Made by a program: the position numbers and the translations under genes. This document shows, one piece after another, positions 28,245 through 37,451 of a DNA stretch of 41,273 nt. Below the pieces are notes generated by a model. That model did no database searches and was not told the origin of the DNA. It worked only from the letters and a program-made list of their open reading frames with translations. Location: positions 1-41,273 of the forward strand of contig JAFGEJ010000173.1 in the NCBI GenBank assembly GCA_016931655.1, given 5' to 3'. The first letter of the stretch is position 1. The number at the start of each line of letters is the position of its first letter. The stretch is from Phycisphaerae bacterium (GTDB lineage: Bacteria; Planctomycetota; Phycisphaerae; SM23-33).

Positions 28245-28828
28245 GGGGTGTCGGGCTTCTTCGTTTCCGCCAGCGTCGCCAGTACCAGGGTCACGTCCAG
28301 TTGGCCGGGCTGCTTTTCGTTGTTGGAGATATTCATGCTCTGCACAATCATCAGGCTCTTGGCCTGGGACATCCGGCTGAGGCACTTGGCCAGTTGGGGC
28401 AACTGGCACTGCCCTCGCACCTGCAACGTCACCAGGCTGACGTTGGGAATTTCCCGCAACGGCCTGGCCCGCTGGGGTTGATAATCCGTCAGGCGGACTC
28501 CGCCGCCCTGGAAGGTGTCCTGCGCGGACTGGAGAAGGTCCATTCGCGCCGTCTGCACGTCGGACAGCGGCTGGCGGATCGCCGGCCCGTATACCCGCGA
28601 CAGCCGTTCCCGCTGGCCCAGCACGCGACGCAGCGAACGATTCAGTTTTGTCAACTCCTCGCCGTATGCCTCGCTCCGATCGCGGGCGGAGGACCAACTG
28701 TCCACGAACGGAATCACGGTCAGGCGGAGCAGGACAATCGCGCCCAGGGCCGCGGCGCCCAGGAACAGGGCGCGTCGATCTCGCGCGGAAAGGTTTATAT
28801 TTTTAATACTTTTAATATTCATATTCAT
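28241..28828 (-). CDS. GspM/PilO-like type II secretion protein
   Basis: LSARDRRAL followed by a TM helix, a coiled coil and a ferredoxin-like C-terminal domain (LQVRGQCQLPQLAKCL...LDVTLVL). Operon position fits. Confidence 0.7.
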   Translation of the reverse strand: MNMNIKSIKNINLSARDRRALFLGAAALGAIVLLRLTVIPFVDSWSSARDRSEAYGEELTKLNRSLRRVLGQRERLSRVYGPAIRQPLSDVQTARMDLLQSAQDTFQGGGVRLTDYQPQRARPLREIPNVSLVTLQVRGQCQLPQLAKCLSRMSQAKSLMIVQSMNISNNEKQPGQLDVTLVLATLAETKKPDTP

Positions 28829-30435
28829 GCCCCACCTCCCGTCGGCCGGCTGGCGGGCTGAGACTCCGGTGAAACCGCCGGCTGCGTCGTCGGCGCCGTA
28901 GCCGGTGGGGGCGTAGTGCTTGGCTGGCTCGCGGGTCGGGTTGATGCGCCGGCGCCGGCGAATTGCCGGAAGACCAGATCGATTTCAAACCGGAATTTGT
29001 CGTTGTCAGGCCGGGCGCGGCGGAGTTCCACCTGCCCCAGTTCCGTAAGTTTCTGGAGAAAGTCCTGACATTCCTTTTCGTTGGCCAGCGTGCCCTGGAG
29101 AGTGACCTGCCCGCTTCGCGCATAACTCATCGAAGTGACGATGATCGATTCGCTCGCCGCCCGCGTGATCCGTTCGAGCACGTCCAGAGGCGCGGGCGCA
29201 CCGGTTTCCAGAAACGCTCCGACCGCCGACTGGCGAACCAGGCCGCCCTGGTGATACGTGTCGCGGTACACGGCGTGCACCATTTCTTCCCGCCGCGACG
29301 CCTCGTGCAGATCCAGGGCGTACAGCGTTGCCACGCTCGCCAGCAGCCAGGCGACCGCCCCGGCCCAATGCCGGCGGTTCTGCTTCAAGCCGGCGGGCTT
29401 CTCCTCTTTTGCGCGGGCCAGGCGAATCATGGAGGCCGGGTCCCGCATCTCGCCCAGGGCGGCCCCAACGAGAGTCCCGATCGTATCGAACGAAAGTCCT
29501 TCCTCCAAGCGCAGCGTCGCGGGCGCCGGAGCAACGTCGGCTGGGATGTTCAGCGCCTTGGATACCCGCGCCGCGACGCCCGCAGAGCGACTCGCCCTGC
29601 CGAAGAGCACACATCGCTTCGGACGTGCCTTCGGGGGCATTTCGGCGAGGCAGTCGTGATACGCCTCCGGCAAGCCGCCGGCCCAGGCGAGAATCGCCTC
29701 TTCCAGAGCCTTCGCCGCAGCCGGGTCGTTCCGCTCCGCAGCCTGGAGTTTCCGGCGCTCCGCCTCTTGGCAGGATACACCCAGCGATTTGGCGATGTGC
29801 TCCGTCCAGGCGTCGCCGCCGGCGTCGGCTACCGCGCATCGCCATATCCGCCCGTCGCATATCGTCGCCAGGGCGGTGCTGCGCGCGCCGACGTCCATCA
29901 GCAGGACCGGCTCGGCCGCGTCGAACCATTCCGTCCATGCGTTCGCCAGCGCCGGCAGGGACGGCGTGACGTCCGCTCCGCCCTTTCGCCATCGCTCACA
30001 AACGCCCGAAATCGCCGCCAGCGCGTCGCGTCGCGTCGCGCAGAGCAGCACGCGCTGCAAATCCGTTTCACGCGGATCGGACAGCGTTTTCCAGGCGGCG
30101 GTGAATTTTTCCGCCTGTGTCGGCAGGAGCATTTCCAGTTGACTGCGAACCATTTTTTCCAGCGTCGCGTCGTCGGCCTGGGGAAGCCGAATCGTGCGAT
30201 AAAGCACCAGGTCGTTTCCCAGGCACGCCGCCAGGGGAGCGGAGACGTCCTCCGCGGGCAGTTGCCCCGCCGCGGAGGCCAGGTCCGGGGCAGCCGTCCA
30301 TCGCGCCGGCAAGGGCGCCTCGGCGTATCGATCCGCGCGAAAGCCATCCGCCGTTCGCGTCAGACGAATCCGCCGAACGGCGGAACCGCCGAACTCCAAC
30401 GCCCAGGCAACAGTATGGGTGTTCGTTTCGTTCAT
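28825..30435 (-). CDS. GspL-like protein (PilM-like actin fold + TM + PilN-like domain)
   Basis: WALEFGGSAVR, LLMDVGARST, GGDAWTEHIAKSLGVS..EAERRK, a TM segment and PilN-like VTLQGT. ATG 30435 overlaps the gspK stop. Confidence 0.75.
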   Translation of the reverse strand: MNETNTHTVAWALEFGGSAVRRIRLTRTADGFRADRYAEAPLPARWTAAPDLASAAGQLPAEDVSAPLAACLGNDLVLYRTIRLPQADDATLEKMVRSQLEMLLPTQAEKFTAAWKTLSDPRETDLQRVLLCATRRDALAAISGVCERWRKGGADVTPSLPALANAWTEWFDAAEPVLLMDVGARSTALATICDGRIWRCAVADAGGDAWTEHIAKSLGVSCQEAERRKLQAAERNDPAAAKALEEAILAWAGGLPEAYHDCLAEMPPKARPKRCVLFGRASRSAGVAARVSKALNIPADVAPAPATLRLEEGLSFDTIGTLVGAALGEMRDPASMIRLARAKEEKPAGLKQNRRHWAGAVAWLLASVATLYALDLHEASRREEMVHAVYRDTYHQGGLVRQSAVGAFLETGAPAPLDVLERITRAASESIIVTSMSYARSGQVTLQGTLANEKECQDFLQKLTELGQVELRRARPDNDKFRFEIDLVFRQFAGAGASTRPASQPSTTPPPATAPTTQPAVSPESQPASRPTGGGA

Positions 30436-31883
30436 TCGCTTTGATACCAATACAAAACGCTCGCCGGTTCCGTGCCGCGGTCCACCACGGCAAGAATCTC
30501 CCGGCGAATGCCGTGCGACGTGACGGCGCTGCTTCGGACCTCAAAAACGCTGCTGCGCACCGTGAGGGATTCCGCGACGGCCTTGAACTGCTCTTCGGAA
30601 AGAATTTCGTCCGTCAGCAGTTCGCCGACGCTCTCGAACGGCCCCTTTCCGCCGATCTGCCGGCGGAGAATCGCCTCGACCTCCGCCGAGGTGAGCTTCG
30701 GCAGCGCACGGAGCACTTCCCCAGAGGCGGTGTTGACGTTGATCCTGCCGGGCAGGCGTTCGTCGTCCGTCAGCGTCAGTTCGTCCCAGTGTTCCGCCAG
30801 CCATTTCAGCGTGATCTCGTTGAGCTTGTCCGAATCCTGCCGGTTGTCGTCTTGCTGCTTGCCTTTCATGCCGACGAGTTCCATCCGATTGTTGAATCGT
30901 TGCGCCTGATTTTTCGACGCATTCTTTTGGCTACCGCCGCTTTGCTGGTTGGCTTTGTGTTGTGTAATCGCCTCCGCGAGGGCGTCGGTGAAGTTGAACT
31001 TCTCCTTGAGCGCATCCTTGTCAGCGGTGTTGAAGTTCACGCGTTTTTCGCCCACGGCTGTGAGATTCCGCTCGAAGGAATACACGGTGCACAGCCCTTT
31101 CATGCCGCGCAGCAGCTTTCCGTCGGCGTCGTCCGGCGGCAGAGAAGCCATGCCGTCGTCTTCGCATTCGTCCAGCACGCCGTTGCCGTTGGCGTCCTCG
31201 CCGTCGAGCACCTCCGAATCCATGCCCTTGACCAGGCCCAGCTCGCCGACGGTTTGAAGTTCGCCGTCGCGGATTTCGTAAGGATAGGGCAGGCCCTGGT
31301 AATACGCCCCCTCGGCCCCGCCGGGCGTGACCTGCGAGTCACCGTCGCGCCAGTCCATCAGGGCATCCACCTGCCAGTCCGCCAGGTCGCAGAGGCTTTT
31401 AAGTTCCTCGCGCCCCGCGGTGTTGAGGTTGAGTTTCCCGTTGTGATCCGACAGGCCGAACCGGACCCTCCGCGGAGAGGCCTCCGGGCCGGGCGGCGCG
31501 AGGACGGAAAATTCCCCGCGAAGCAGTTCGACCCGCTGGAAGGAAAGTTTGTCGGAGTACCAGAAGTCCAGCGTGTCGTCCACGGCTGTATCGTCGTCGT
31601 CCAGGATCGCGACGGCCTGCTCCACGCCCGCCCGCGCCAGCCAATGCGCCCGCACGGATTCCAGTTCGTTAAACGCCGTCGCCAGGTTCACGCGCCCGGC
31701 CTTGCGCACGCCCAGCAGGATCAGGCCCGCCAGTATCACCACCCACATCACCGCCACAAGCGCAAAGGCGCCGTCGTGTCGCGGACATCTTGTCCGCGTG
31801 TGTCGAGGGCATCCTGCCCTCGAATATTTCTCTCTTTCGCGGTCAAGATGACCGCGACACATTTTCGCGCCGAGGCGAATCAT
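30432..31883 (-). CDS. gspK: type II secretion minor pseudopilin GspK
   Basis: DG|AFALVAVMWVVIL, ARAGVEQA, DHNGKLNLNTA, DWRDGD, GAEGAYY, ELGLVKG, RINVNTAS and TVRSSVFEV. ATG has a GGAGG RBS and overlaps the gspJ stop. Confidence 0.88.
   Translation of the reverse strand: MIRLGAKMCRGHLDREREKYSRAGCPRHTRTRCPRHDGAFALVAVMWVVILAGLILLGVRKAGRVNLATAFNELESVRAHWLARAGVEQAVAILDDDDTAVDDTLDFWYSDKLSFQRVELLRGEFSVLAPPGPEASPRRVRFGLSDHNGKLNLNTAGREELKSLCDLADWQVDALMDWRDGDSQVTPGGAEGAYYQGLPYPYEIRDGELQTVGELGLVKGMDSEVLDGEDANGNGVLDECEDDGMASLPPDDADGKLLRGMKGLCTVYSFERNLTAVGEKRVNFNTADKDALKEKFNFTDALAEAITQHKANQQSGGSQKNASKNQAQRFNNRMELVGMKGKQQDDNRQDSDKLNEITLKWLAEHWDELTLTDDERLPGRINVNTASGEVLRALPKLTSAEVEAILRRQIGGKGPFESVGELLTDEILSEEQFKAVAESLTVRSSVFEVRSSAVTSHGIRREILAVVDRGTEPASVLYWYQSE
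31776..31860. repeat. cluster of three REP-like hairpins inside the gspK 5' end (family C)
   Basis: GTGTCGCGGACATCTTGTCCGCG (31776-31798), GTGTCGAGGGCATCCTGCCCTCG (31800-31822) and inverted GTGTCGCGGTCATCTTGACCGCGA (31860-31837). The same family occurs at 40344. Confidence 0.8.
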
Positions 31884-32566
31884 GATTTCCCCTCCCGATT
31901 CTCCGCCTGGGTTTCCGCCTGGGGTTCAGGCGGAGCGGGCATGCGGGGGAAATTCACCACGCGCTGGACGGCCCAGGTCGCCCGTGCGTCCCGCGGATCG
32001 ACCGCCAGCAGGGAGATGCGAATCGCCGTCGGCCAGCCGTCCGTCTCAGAGGACCATTCGGGTCGCCACGTTCTGCCGTCGAAATACGCCAGTTCCATAG
32101 CCGCGATATTTTCCGCGATGCACTGCACCACGCCGCCGCCGTCGGGTTCTTCGTTGCGGGTCGGGTCCAGCCGTCGCATGAGCATCGGCGGGCGGTCCGC
32201 ACCGCCCGACTGAAGGAAAAATTCGCATTCCTTCACGTCCGATTCCGGCTGATCGCGGCGAACCGCCAGCGGCGTGATCGTCAGGAACTTCACGCGATCC
32301 GCCGGCAGGGCGTCCGACTCGGCGTCGAGGCCTTCGAAGGTCTTGTTTTTATCCTCGCCGCGGCAGGCGTTGCGCAGGGCGGTGGACATGGTTTCGATCG
32401 CGGCGCGCGTTTCCTGCTGCAAGCCCGTCTGACGCTCCACCCGCCGGCGCGTCTGGTCCGTGCTGCGCAGCATCGCGACGGTGGAAACGGCGATCATGAC
32501 GGTCACCATGACCGCCAGGAGCAGTTCCACCAGCGTAAAGGCGCGTTGTCGCGTTCGTTTCGTCAC
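31880..32566 (-). CDS. gspJ: type II secretion minor pseudopilin, GspJ-like
   Basis: QRA|FTLVELLLAV, ELAYFDGRTW..EW and WPTAIRISL. GTG 32566 forms a GTGA overlap. Confidence 0.75.
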   Translation of the reverse strand: MTKRTRQRAFTLVELLLAVMVTVMIAVSTVAMLRSTDQTRRRVERQTGLQQETRAAIETMSTALRNACRGEDKNKTFEGLDAESDALPADRVKFLTITPLAVRRDQPESDVKECEFFLQSGGADRPPMLMRRLDPTRNEEPDGGGVVQCIAENIAAMELAYFDGRTWRPEWSSETDGWPTAIRISLLAVDPRDARATWAVQRVVNFPRMPAPPEPQAETQAENREGKS

Positions 32567-32994
32567 ACGTCCTCCCAGCTCAGGCCCGATTTGTCCTGAC
32601 TCGGCGGATCGAACAGCAGCGTTTGGGCTTCGACGACCTGCTTTTGCCCGGCGGGGTTCGGCCAGGCGATTCGCACGGTCACTTCGTACAGCCAGCCTTC
32701 CGTCGCGAGAAGTTCGATCTGGCTTTCCCACTCGAACCGTTCGCGCGGCGGATCGAACTGTCCCGCCAGCGGCCCCTCCGCCGAGACGTTGCCCGGACCG
32801 ATCAGGTCGATCTTTGTCATCACGCGGTCCAGAAGCTCCGCCGCCTGCTGATAGTCCCTCGCCGTCTGCAGCGAGCGCAGCGACTGGCGAACGCCCAGGC
32901 TCAGCGCCGCGGCGGCCAGGGCCAAAATCATCCCCGCCGCCAGCACTTCCACCAGCGTAAAGCCGCAGCCAGATTGTCGTCGTTTTCTACGCAT
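32563..32994 (-). CDS. gspI: type II secretion minor pseudopilin, GspI-like
   Basis: CG|FTLVEVLAA, RFEW and LYEVTVRIAW; 143 aa; located between H and J. Confidence 0.75.
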   Translation of the reverse strand: MRRKRRQSGCGFTLVEVLAAGMILALAAAALSLGVRQSLRSLQTARDYQQAAELLDRVMTKIDLIGPGNVSAEGPLAGQFDPPRERFEWESQIELLATEGWLYEVTVRIAWPNPAGQKQVVEAQTLLFDPPSQDKSGLSWEDV

Positions 32995-33547
32995 CCAGGT
33001 CCAATTGATCGTCAGGTAACTGTTCCACGGCGCCTTCGACCATCCGGCAGCGGCCTCGCGAGGGGAACACCAACACCGAACAGGTTCCGCGCCCGTCGGT
33101 GATCTGAACGACGGCGGCGTCCGATCGGCCGGAGGGATAAAACGCGATGCTCTGATCCGAAATCTCGCCGTCTTCCCGCGGAAGCGAAGGTTCGACGCGA
33201 ATGTCCGCGAAGTGCAGGCCCGACTCCAGGCGGTCGGCCTTTCCCGGCCCGCCCTGAATCGGCTCAAAATGGTCCGGGCGATCTTCGGGGTCCGCCTGAT
33301 ACACCAGTTGAAACTGACCCGTTTGGGGATCGAGTACCAGCCGGCAGTCGCAGCGACGGGTCGCGGCGAAATCGCGGGCGTACTGCGCCGCCACCTGCAC
33401 CCGCCTGGCCGCGGCGCGCAGGGACGCCGTCCGTCCCGCGCCCCACAGGCGCGGCGCGATCATCCCCGCCAGCACCGCCACGAGCACGACCACCACGATC
33501 AGCTCGACGAGGGTGAAGGCTTTTTGTCTATTGCCAATTGACCACAT
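32987..33547 (-). CDS. gspH: type II secretion minor pseudopilin, GspH/FimT-like
   Basis: QKA|FTLVELIVVV, AARRVQ...YARDFA and IAFYPSG; follows gspG. Confidence 0.75.
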   Translation of the reverse strand: MWSIGNRQKAFTLVELIVVVVLVAVLAGMIAPRLWGAGRTASLRAAARRVQVAAQYARDFAATRRCDCRLVLDPQTGQFQLVYQADPEDRPDHFEPIQGGPGKADRLESGLHFADIRVEPSLPREDGEISDQSIAFYPSGRSDAAVVQITDGRGTCSVLVFPSRGRCRMVEGAVEQLPDDQLDLDA

Positions 33548-33983
33548 CCGCGTTTTCCTTCTCGCCGCCGACCTGTCCGTCCGCGCCGAGGCTTTGCAGA
33601 TCGTACGGGCCGTGCTCGCCGGGCTGCCGGTAGAGGAACTCCCGGCCCCACGGGTCCAGCAGGTCCTTGGGACGAAGGGACGGGGGGTTCCAGGTTTCTT
33701 CCGGGATGTCGGAAGGCCGATTCACCAACTCGTCCAGGCTCACGGGCAGCCGGCCGTAGTCGTAGCTGAACATATCGACGGCCTTTTCGATCTCGGCAAG
33801 CTTCTGCCTGGCGACGCTCTGCTTCGCCCCGCCGACCCGGCCGAAAAACCGGGGCAGAATCAAACCCGCCAGGGCGGCGATGATGATGACCACCACGATG
33901 ATTTCCACCATCGTGAACGCGCCCCGCCTGTGTGCCGGGTGGCACGGGCTTGAAGCCCGTGTAGTATTGCGTATCGTATTCAT
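33528..33983 (-). CDS. gspG: type II secretion major pseudopilin GspG
   Basis: GA|FTMVEIIVVVIII, LDELVNRP, LDPWGREFLYRQPG and YDLQSLGADGQVGGE.ENADV.NW. Confidence 0.93.
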   Translation of the reverse strand: MNTIRNTTRASSPCHPAHRRGAFTMVEIIVVVIIIAALAGLILPRFFGRVGGAKQSVARQKLAEIEKAVDMFSYDYGRLPVSLDELVNRPSDIPEETWNPPSLRPKDLLDPWGREFLYRQPGEHGPYDLQSLGADGQVGGEKENADVVNWQ

Positions 33984-34000
33984 GGCGTCCCTTTCGTTAT

Positions 34001-35242
34001 CTACATTCCGGGCAGTGCGGTCTCGGCCTCGATAATCGGCAGCAGCACCGCCGCCAGGATAAACACCACCACCAGCGCCAGGGCGACGATGAAGACCGCC
34101 GGTAAGATCGTCATCACGCGCTGAATCGCCGCAGCCGTCTACTTCTCGTAGGAATCGGCGGTCTGCAGCAGCAATTCGTCCAGCCGGCCGGTCCGTTCGC
34201 CCATGGCGATCACCTGAATCAGCAGCGGCGGAAATTCGCCCGTCTCGCGCAGGGGTTCGGCGATGGACTGCCCCTGCTTGATGTCCGCGGCCACCTTGTC
34301 CACCTTCCGGGCCAGGACTTCGTTTCCGAGCGTACCTCGCAACACCTGAAGCGCTTCGAGGATCTGAATGCCCGACTGGCTGAGCGTTCCGAGTGTGCGG
34401 GCGAAGCGTCCCACGGCAATTCGCCGCAGGGCCGTGCCCAGCACCGGAACGCGAAGTTTGAACTTATCGAGGGCCAATCGTCCCGCGGGGCGCTTCCGCC
34501 AGGCGGCAAAGCCCCAGCCGGCTGCGATCAGCACCAGCACCACCAGCCAGCCATAGGATTGCAGGAAACCGCTCAACCACAGAAGCATTCGCGTGGGCAT
34601 CGGCAGCGAGGCGCTTCCCAGGCCTTCCGTCAGCGTGCCCATGACCCGCGGCAGGATCACGGTGATGATCACCACCACCGACACCGCCGCCAGGCCCAGC
34701 ACGAAAATCGGGTACGTCGCAGCCGAGCGGACCTTTTCACGCACGTCCAGATCGTGCTCGGCGAAGTCCGCCAGGTGTCGCATCACCTGATCGAGCACGC
34801 CGGCGGTTTCGCCCACGCGCACCATGCTCACGTCCAGAGCGGAGAAATCCCGCTCGTGGGCCGCCATCGCGTCGGAGAGCGATTCGCCCGCCTGCACGCG
34901 CCGGGCCAGGTCGTTCAGGAGCGTTTTGAGCGCTTCGCTGTCGGCCTGTTCGTGCACCACGCGCAGGGCCGACAGCAGCGGAAGCCCGGCCTGCAGGGCC
35001 GTGGCGATCTGCCGGAGCATCGCGGACCGTGCCCGACGCGGCACGCGCCGACGACGAAGAAAAGAAAGCGACATACCTCCGCCGGCCGACGCGGAAGAAG
35101 CCTCGGCCTTCGCCTGGAGGTCCGTCACAAAGATCTTTCGGGCCGCCAGAAGCGCAATGGCATCGCCGCGATTGGGCGCTTCCATTTCGCCCGTGACCGC
35201 TTGGCCGGCTTCGTCCACCGCGTTGTAACTGAAATTTGCCAT
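34001..35242 (-). pseudogene. gspF: type II secretion inner-membrane platform protein GspF with one in-frame TAG (34139-34141)
   Basis: GspF motifs GESLSDAM, GETAGVLD, AATYP, RFARTLGTL and GERTGRLDELL. The frame continues 45 codons past the TAG, through the last TM helix, to a TAG at 34001-34003, 17 bp before gspG. Confidence 0.85.
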
Positions 35243-35250
35243 AGATTTCT

Positions 35251-35371
35251 ACCACAGAGACTCAGAGATCACAGAGAAGAATTCAGGAGGACAGTAGCTA
35301 AACGTTTCAATATGTAGCTTCCATCTTCTTGCTTCCGCATTTCTTCTCTGAGTCCTCTGTGCCTCTGTGGT
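35251..35371. repeat. family A palindromic element between gspE and gspF
   Basis: ACCACAGAGACTCAGAGATCACAGAGAAGA ... TTCTTCTCTGAGTCCTCTGTGCCTCTGTGGT, homologous to 20718-20810. Confidence 0.85.
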
Positions 35372-35383
35372 CAATTTTCTTTA

Positions 35384-37138
35384 TTACATGATCGCTTCGT
35401 CCACCTGCGTGTCCTGGGTAACGCGAAGGACTTCTTCCAGCGTCGTTAGGCCTTCGACGGCTTTGCGGTATCCGTCCTGCCGCATGGGCTGATGGTCCGC
35501 CGGCGCGACGGCGGAAATCTGGTCGGCGGAGCAGCGTCGCGTGATCGCGTCGCGCACCTCCGCCGTTATCCGCAACAGCTCAAAGATGCCGTTTCGACCC
35601 GCGTAGCCCGACTGGCGACACGACCGGCAGCCTTCGCCGTGAAAAAATTGCTCCTGTTTGGCGTTCGCGGCGCAGGGGCCCATGCGTTGCAGCGCCACTT
35701 CGTCCGGTGGGTACGGCGCTTTGCATTCGGGGCAGATCATCCGCACCAGCCGCTGCGCGAGCACGCCTTCCAGCGAGGAGGCCAGCAGGAACGGTTCGAC
35801 GCCCATGTCCAGCAGGCGCGTCACCGCGCCCGGGGCGTCGTTCGTGTGCAGCGTGCTGAAGACCAGGTGTCCCGTCATCGCGCTGCGGATGGCGATGTCG
35901 GCCGTCTCGCGGTCGCGGATTTCGCCGATCATGATGATGTCCGGGTCCTGGCGCACGATGGCGCGTAGTCCGTCGGCGAAGGTCAGTCCGCGCTTGCGAT
36001 TGACGGGAATCTGGTTGACGCCCTCGAGCTGGTATTCCACGGGATCCTCGATCGTGATGATCTTCTTTTCCGGCGTGTAGATGCGGTTCAGGGCCGCGTA
36101 GAGCGTGGTGGTTTTTCCGCTGCCGGTCGGACCGGTCACCAGCACGATGCCGTGAGGCCGCTGCAACAGGAACGAAAACTGCTTCAGACACGCGGGATTC
36201 AGCCCCAGGTGCTCCATGTCGATCAACGCCGTCGAACGATCAAGGATGCGCAACACGACGGACTCTCCGAAGATCGTCGGAACCGTCGCGACGCGAAGGT
36301 CGACCTTCCCCCGTGGGGAGGTAAACGCGATGTGCCCGTCCTGCGGGACGAACCGCTCGGCGATGTTCATCCCGGCCATCACCTTGACGCGGGAAATGAT
36401 CGCCGGCTGAAGGCGCTTCGGCGGGGGCGACATCTCGTGCAGGACGCCGTCGATGCGATACTTGATCTTGAGAGTCTTCTCGAACGGTTCGATGTGCACG
36501 TCACTGGCACGCGAATCAATTGCCTCCAGCAGAATCAGGTTCACCAGGTTCACGACGGACGGTTCCCTCGCCAGTTCCTGCAGTTGCAGGCTGAGTTCTT
36601 CCTCGCCGCCTTCGCCCGTCGCCGCGGCCGGCGCGCCGTCCAGGTCGGCGATCATCCGCGCGACGTTCGAGCCGTATATCCGCCGGGCCGTCTCCAGAAG
36701 AATCGCCTCGGGACAATAAAACCGCTCGATGCGAAATCCCGTCAGCACCCGCAACGACTCGATGACGCCCCGGTCGAACGGGTCGGCCATCGCAACGTCC
36801 AGCGTGCGCTCGTGCACCGCCAGGGGAAGCACCTTGTGCCGAAACGCCGCCTCCGCGGGAATACATGCCGCCGCCTGCGGGTCGATCGGAAACGTCTCCA
36901 GGTCCACTTCCGGCAGATGGCTTTGACGAACCAGGGCTTCGCGCACCATCTGCTCGTCCACGTGTCCCAACTGGCAGAGCAGTTCCCCCAGCCGCTTGGA
37001 CTGCCTCCGCTGCAGGGCCAGGCCTTCGGAAAGCTGCTCGTCGCTGAGGTACCCCAGCTTCAGGAGCATCTGTCCGATCAGTTCCACTCCCCGTTGCGTT
37101 TCGTCCGGGGAGGCGGGATGTTCATCCGCGTTTTTCAT
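35384..37138 (-). CDS. gspE: type II secretion ATPase GspE (GspE/PulE/PilB family)
   Basis: MshEN-like N-terminus (IGQMLLKLG, RLGELL), ASDVHIEP, GPTGSGKTTTLY, TIEDPVEY, RQDPDIIMIGEIRD, TGHLVFSTLHTND and zinc motif CPEC...CRSC. Confidence 0.93.
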   Translation of the reverse strand: MKNADEHPASPDETQRGVELIGQMLLKLGYLSDEQLSEGLALQRRQSKRLGELLCQLGHVDEQMVREALVRQSHLPEVDLETFPIDPQAAACIPAEAAFRHKVLPLAVHERTLDVAMADPFDRGVIESLRVLTGFRIERFYCPEAILLETARRIYGSNVARMIADLDGAPAAATGEGGEEELSLQLQELAREPSVVNLVNLILLEAIDSRASDVHIEPFEKTLKIKYRIDGVLHEMSPPPKRLQPAIISRVKVMAGMNIAERFVPQDGHIAFTSPRGKVDLRVATVPTIFGESVVLRILDRSTALIDMEHLGLNPACLKQFSFLLQRPHGIVLVTGPTGSGKTTTLYAALNRIYTPEKKIITIEDPVEYQLEGVNQIPVNRKRGLTFADGLRAIVRQDPDIIMIGEIRDRETADIAIRSAMTGHLVFSTLHTNDAPGAVTRLLDMGVEPFLLASSLEGVLAQRLVRMICPECKAPYPPDEVALQRMGPCAANAKQEQFFHGEGCRSCRQSGYAGRNGIFELLRITAEVRDAITRRCSADQISAVAPADHQPMRQDGYRKAVEGLTTLEEVLRVTQDTQVDEAIM

Positions 37139-37451
37139 CCGCACGCATCCGACCCAGTTGGTGCAGGATGGTTATCCATGTAAGAAGTATTCATCCTGAA
37201 ACGTTACAAACTTTTTCCATCACCCAATGCGCAGCCGGGCCGCGTCTCGGCCTCGGACCGGGAAAAGCCGACGGCTTTCCTAACTCTTTGGATTACAAAA
37301 TGTATCGGCGATTCCACTGATTTTTCATCATGTTCATCCCTCGCATGAAAACCCGCCCGGAACGATGTACCGGCTGCACGAAAAACCGGCCTTGTCGAGT
37401 CCGTTCCGGTGAAAGGCAACGGGAGATATCCTTCATGGGCTACTCACTGCT

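Noticed and set aside
34139-34141. Genome-wide TAG reassignment
   Set aside because: Several genes in the window end in TAG at family-typical positions, some overlapping the next start codon.
37204-37436. Small ORFs upstream of gspE (37204-37419, and MKDISRCL... from 37436), a possible riboswitch and a sigma54 promoter
   Set aside because: The ORFs have no homology cues or good RBS, I recognise no riboswitch consensus, and the GG...GC spacing is 9 rather than 10 nt.
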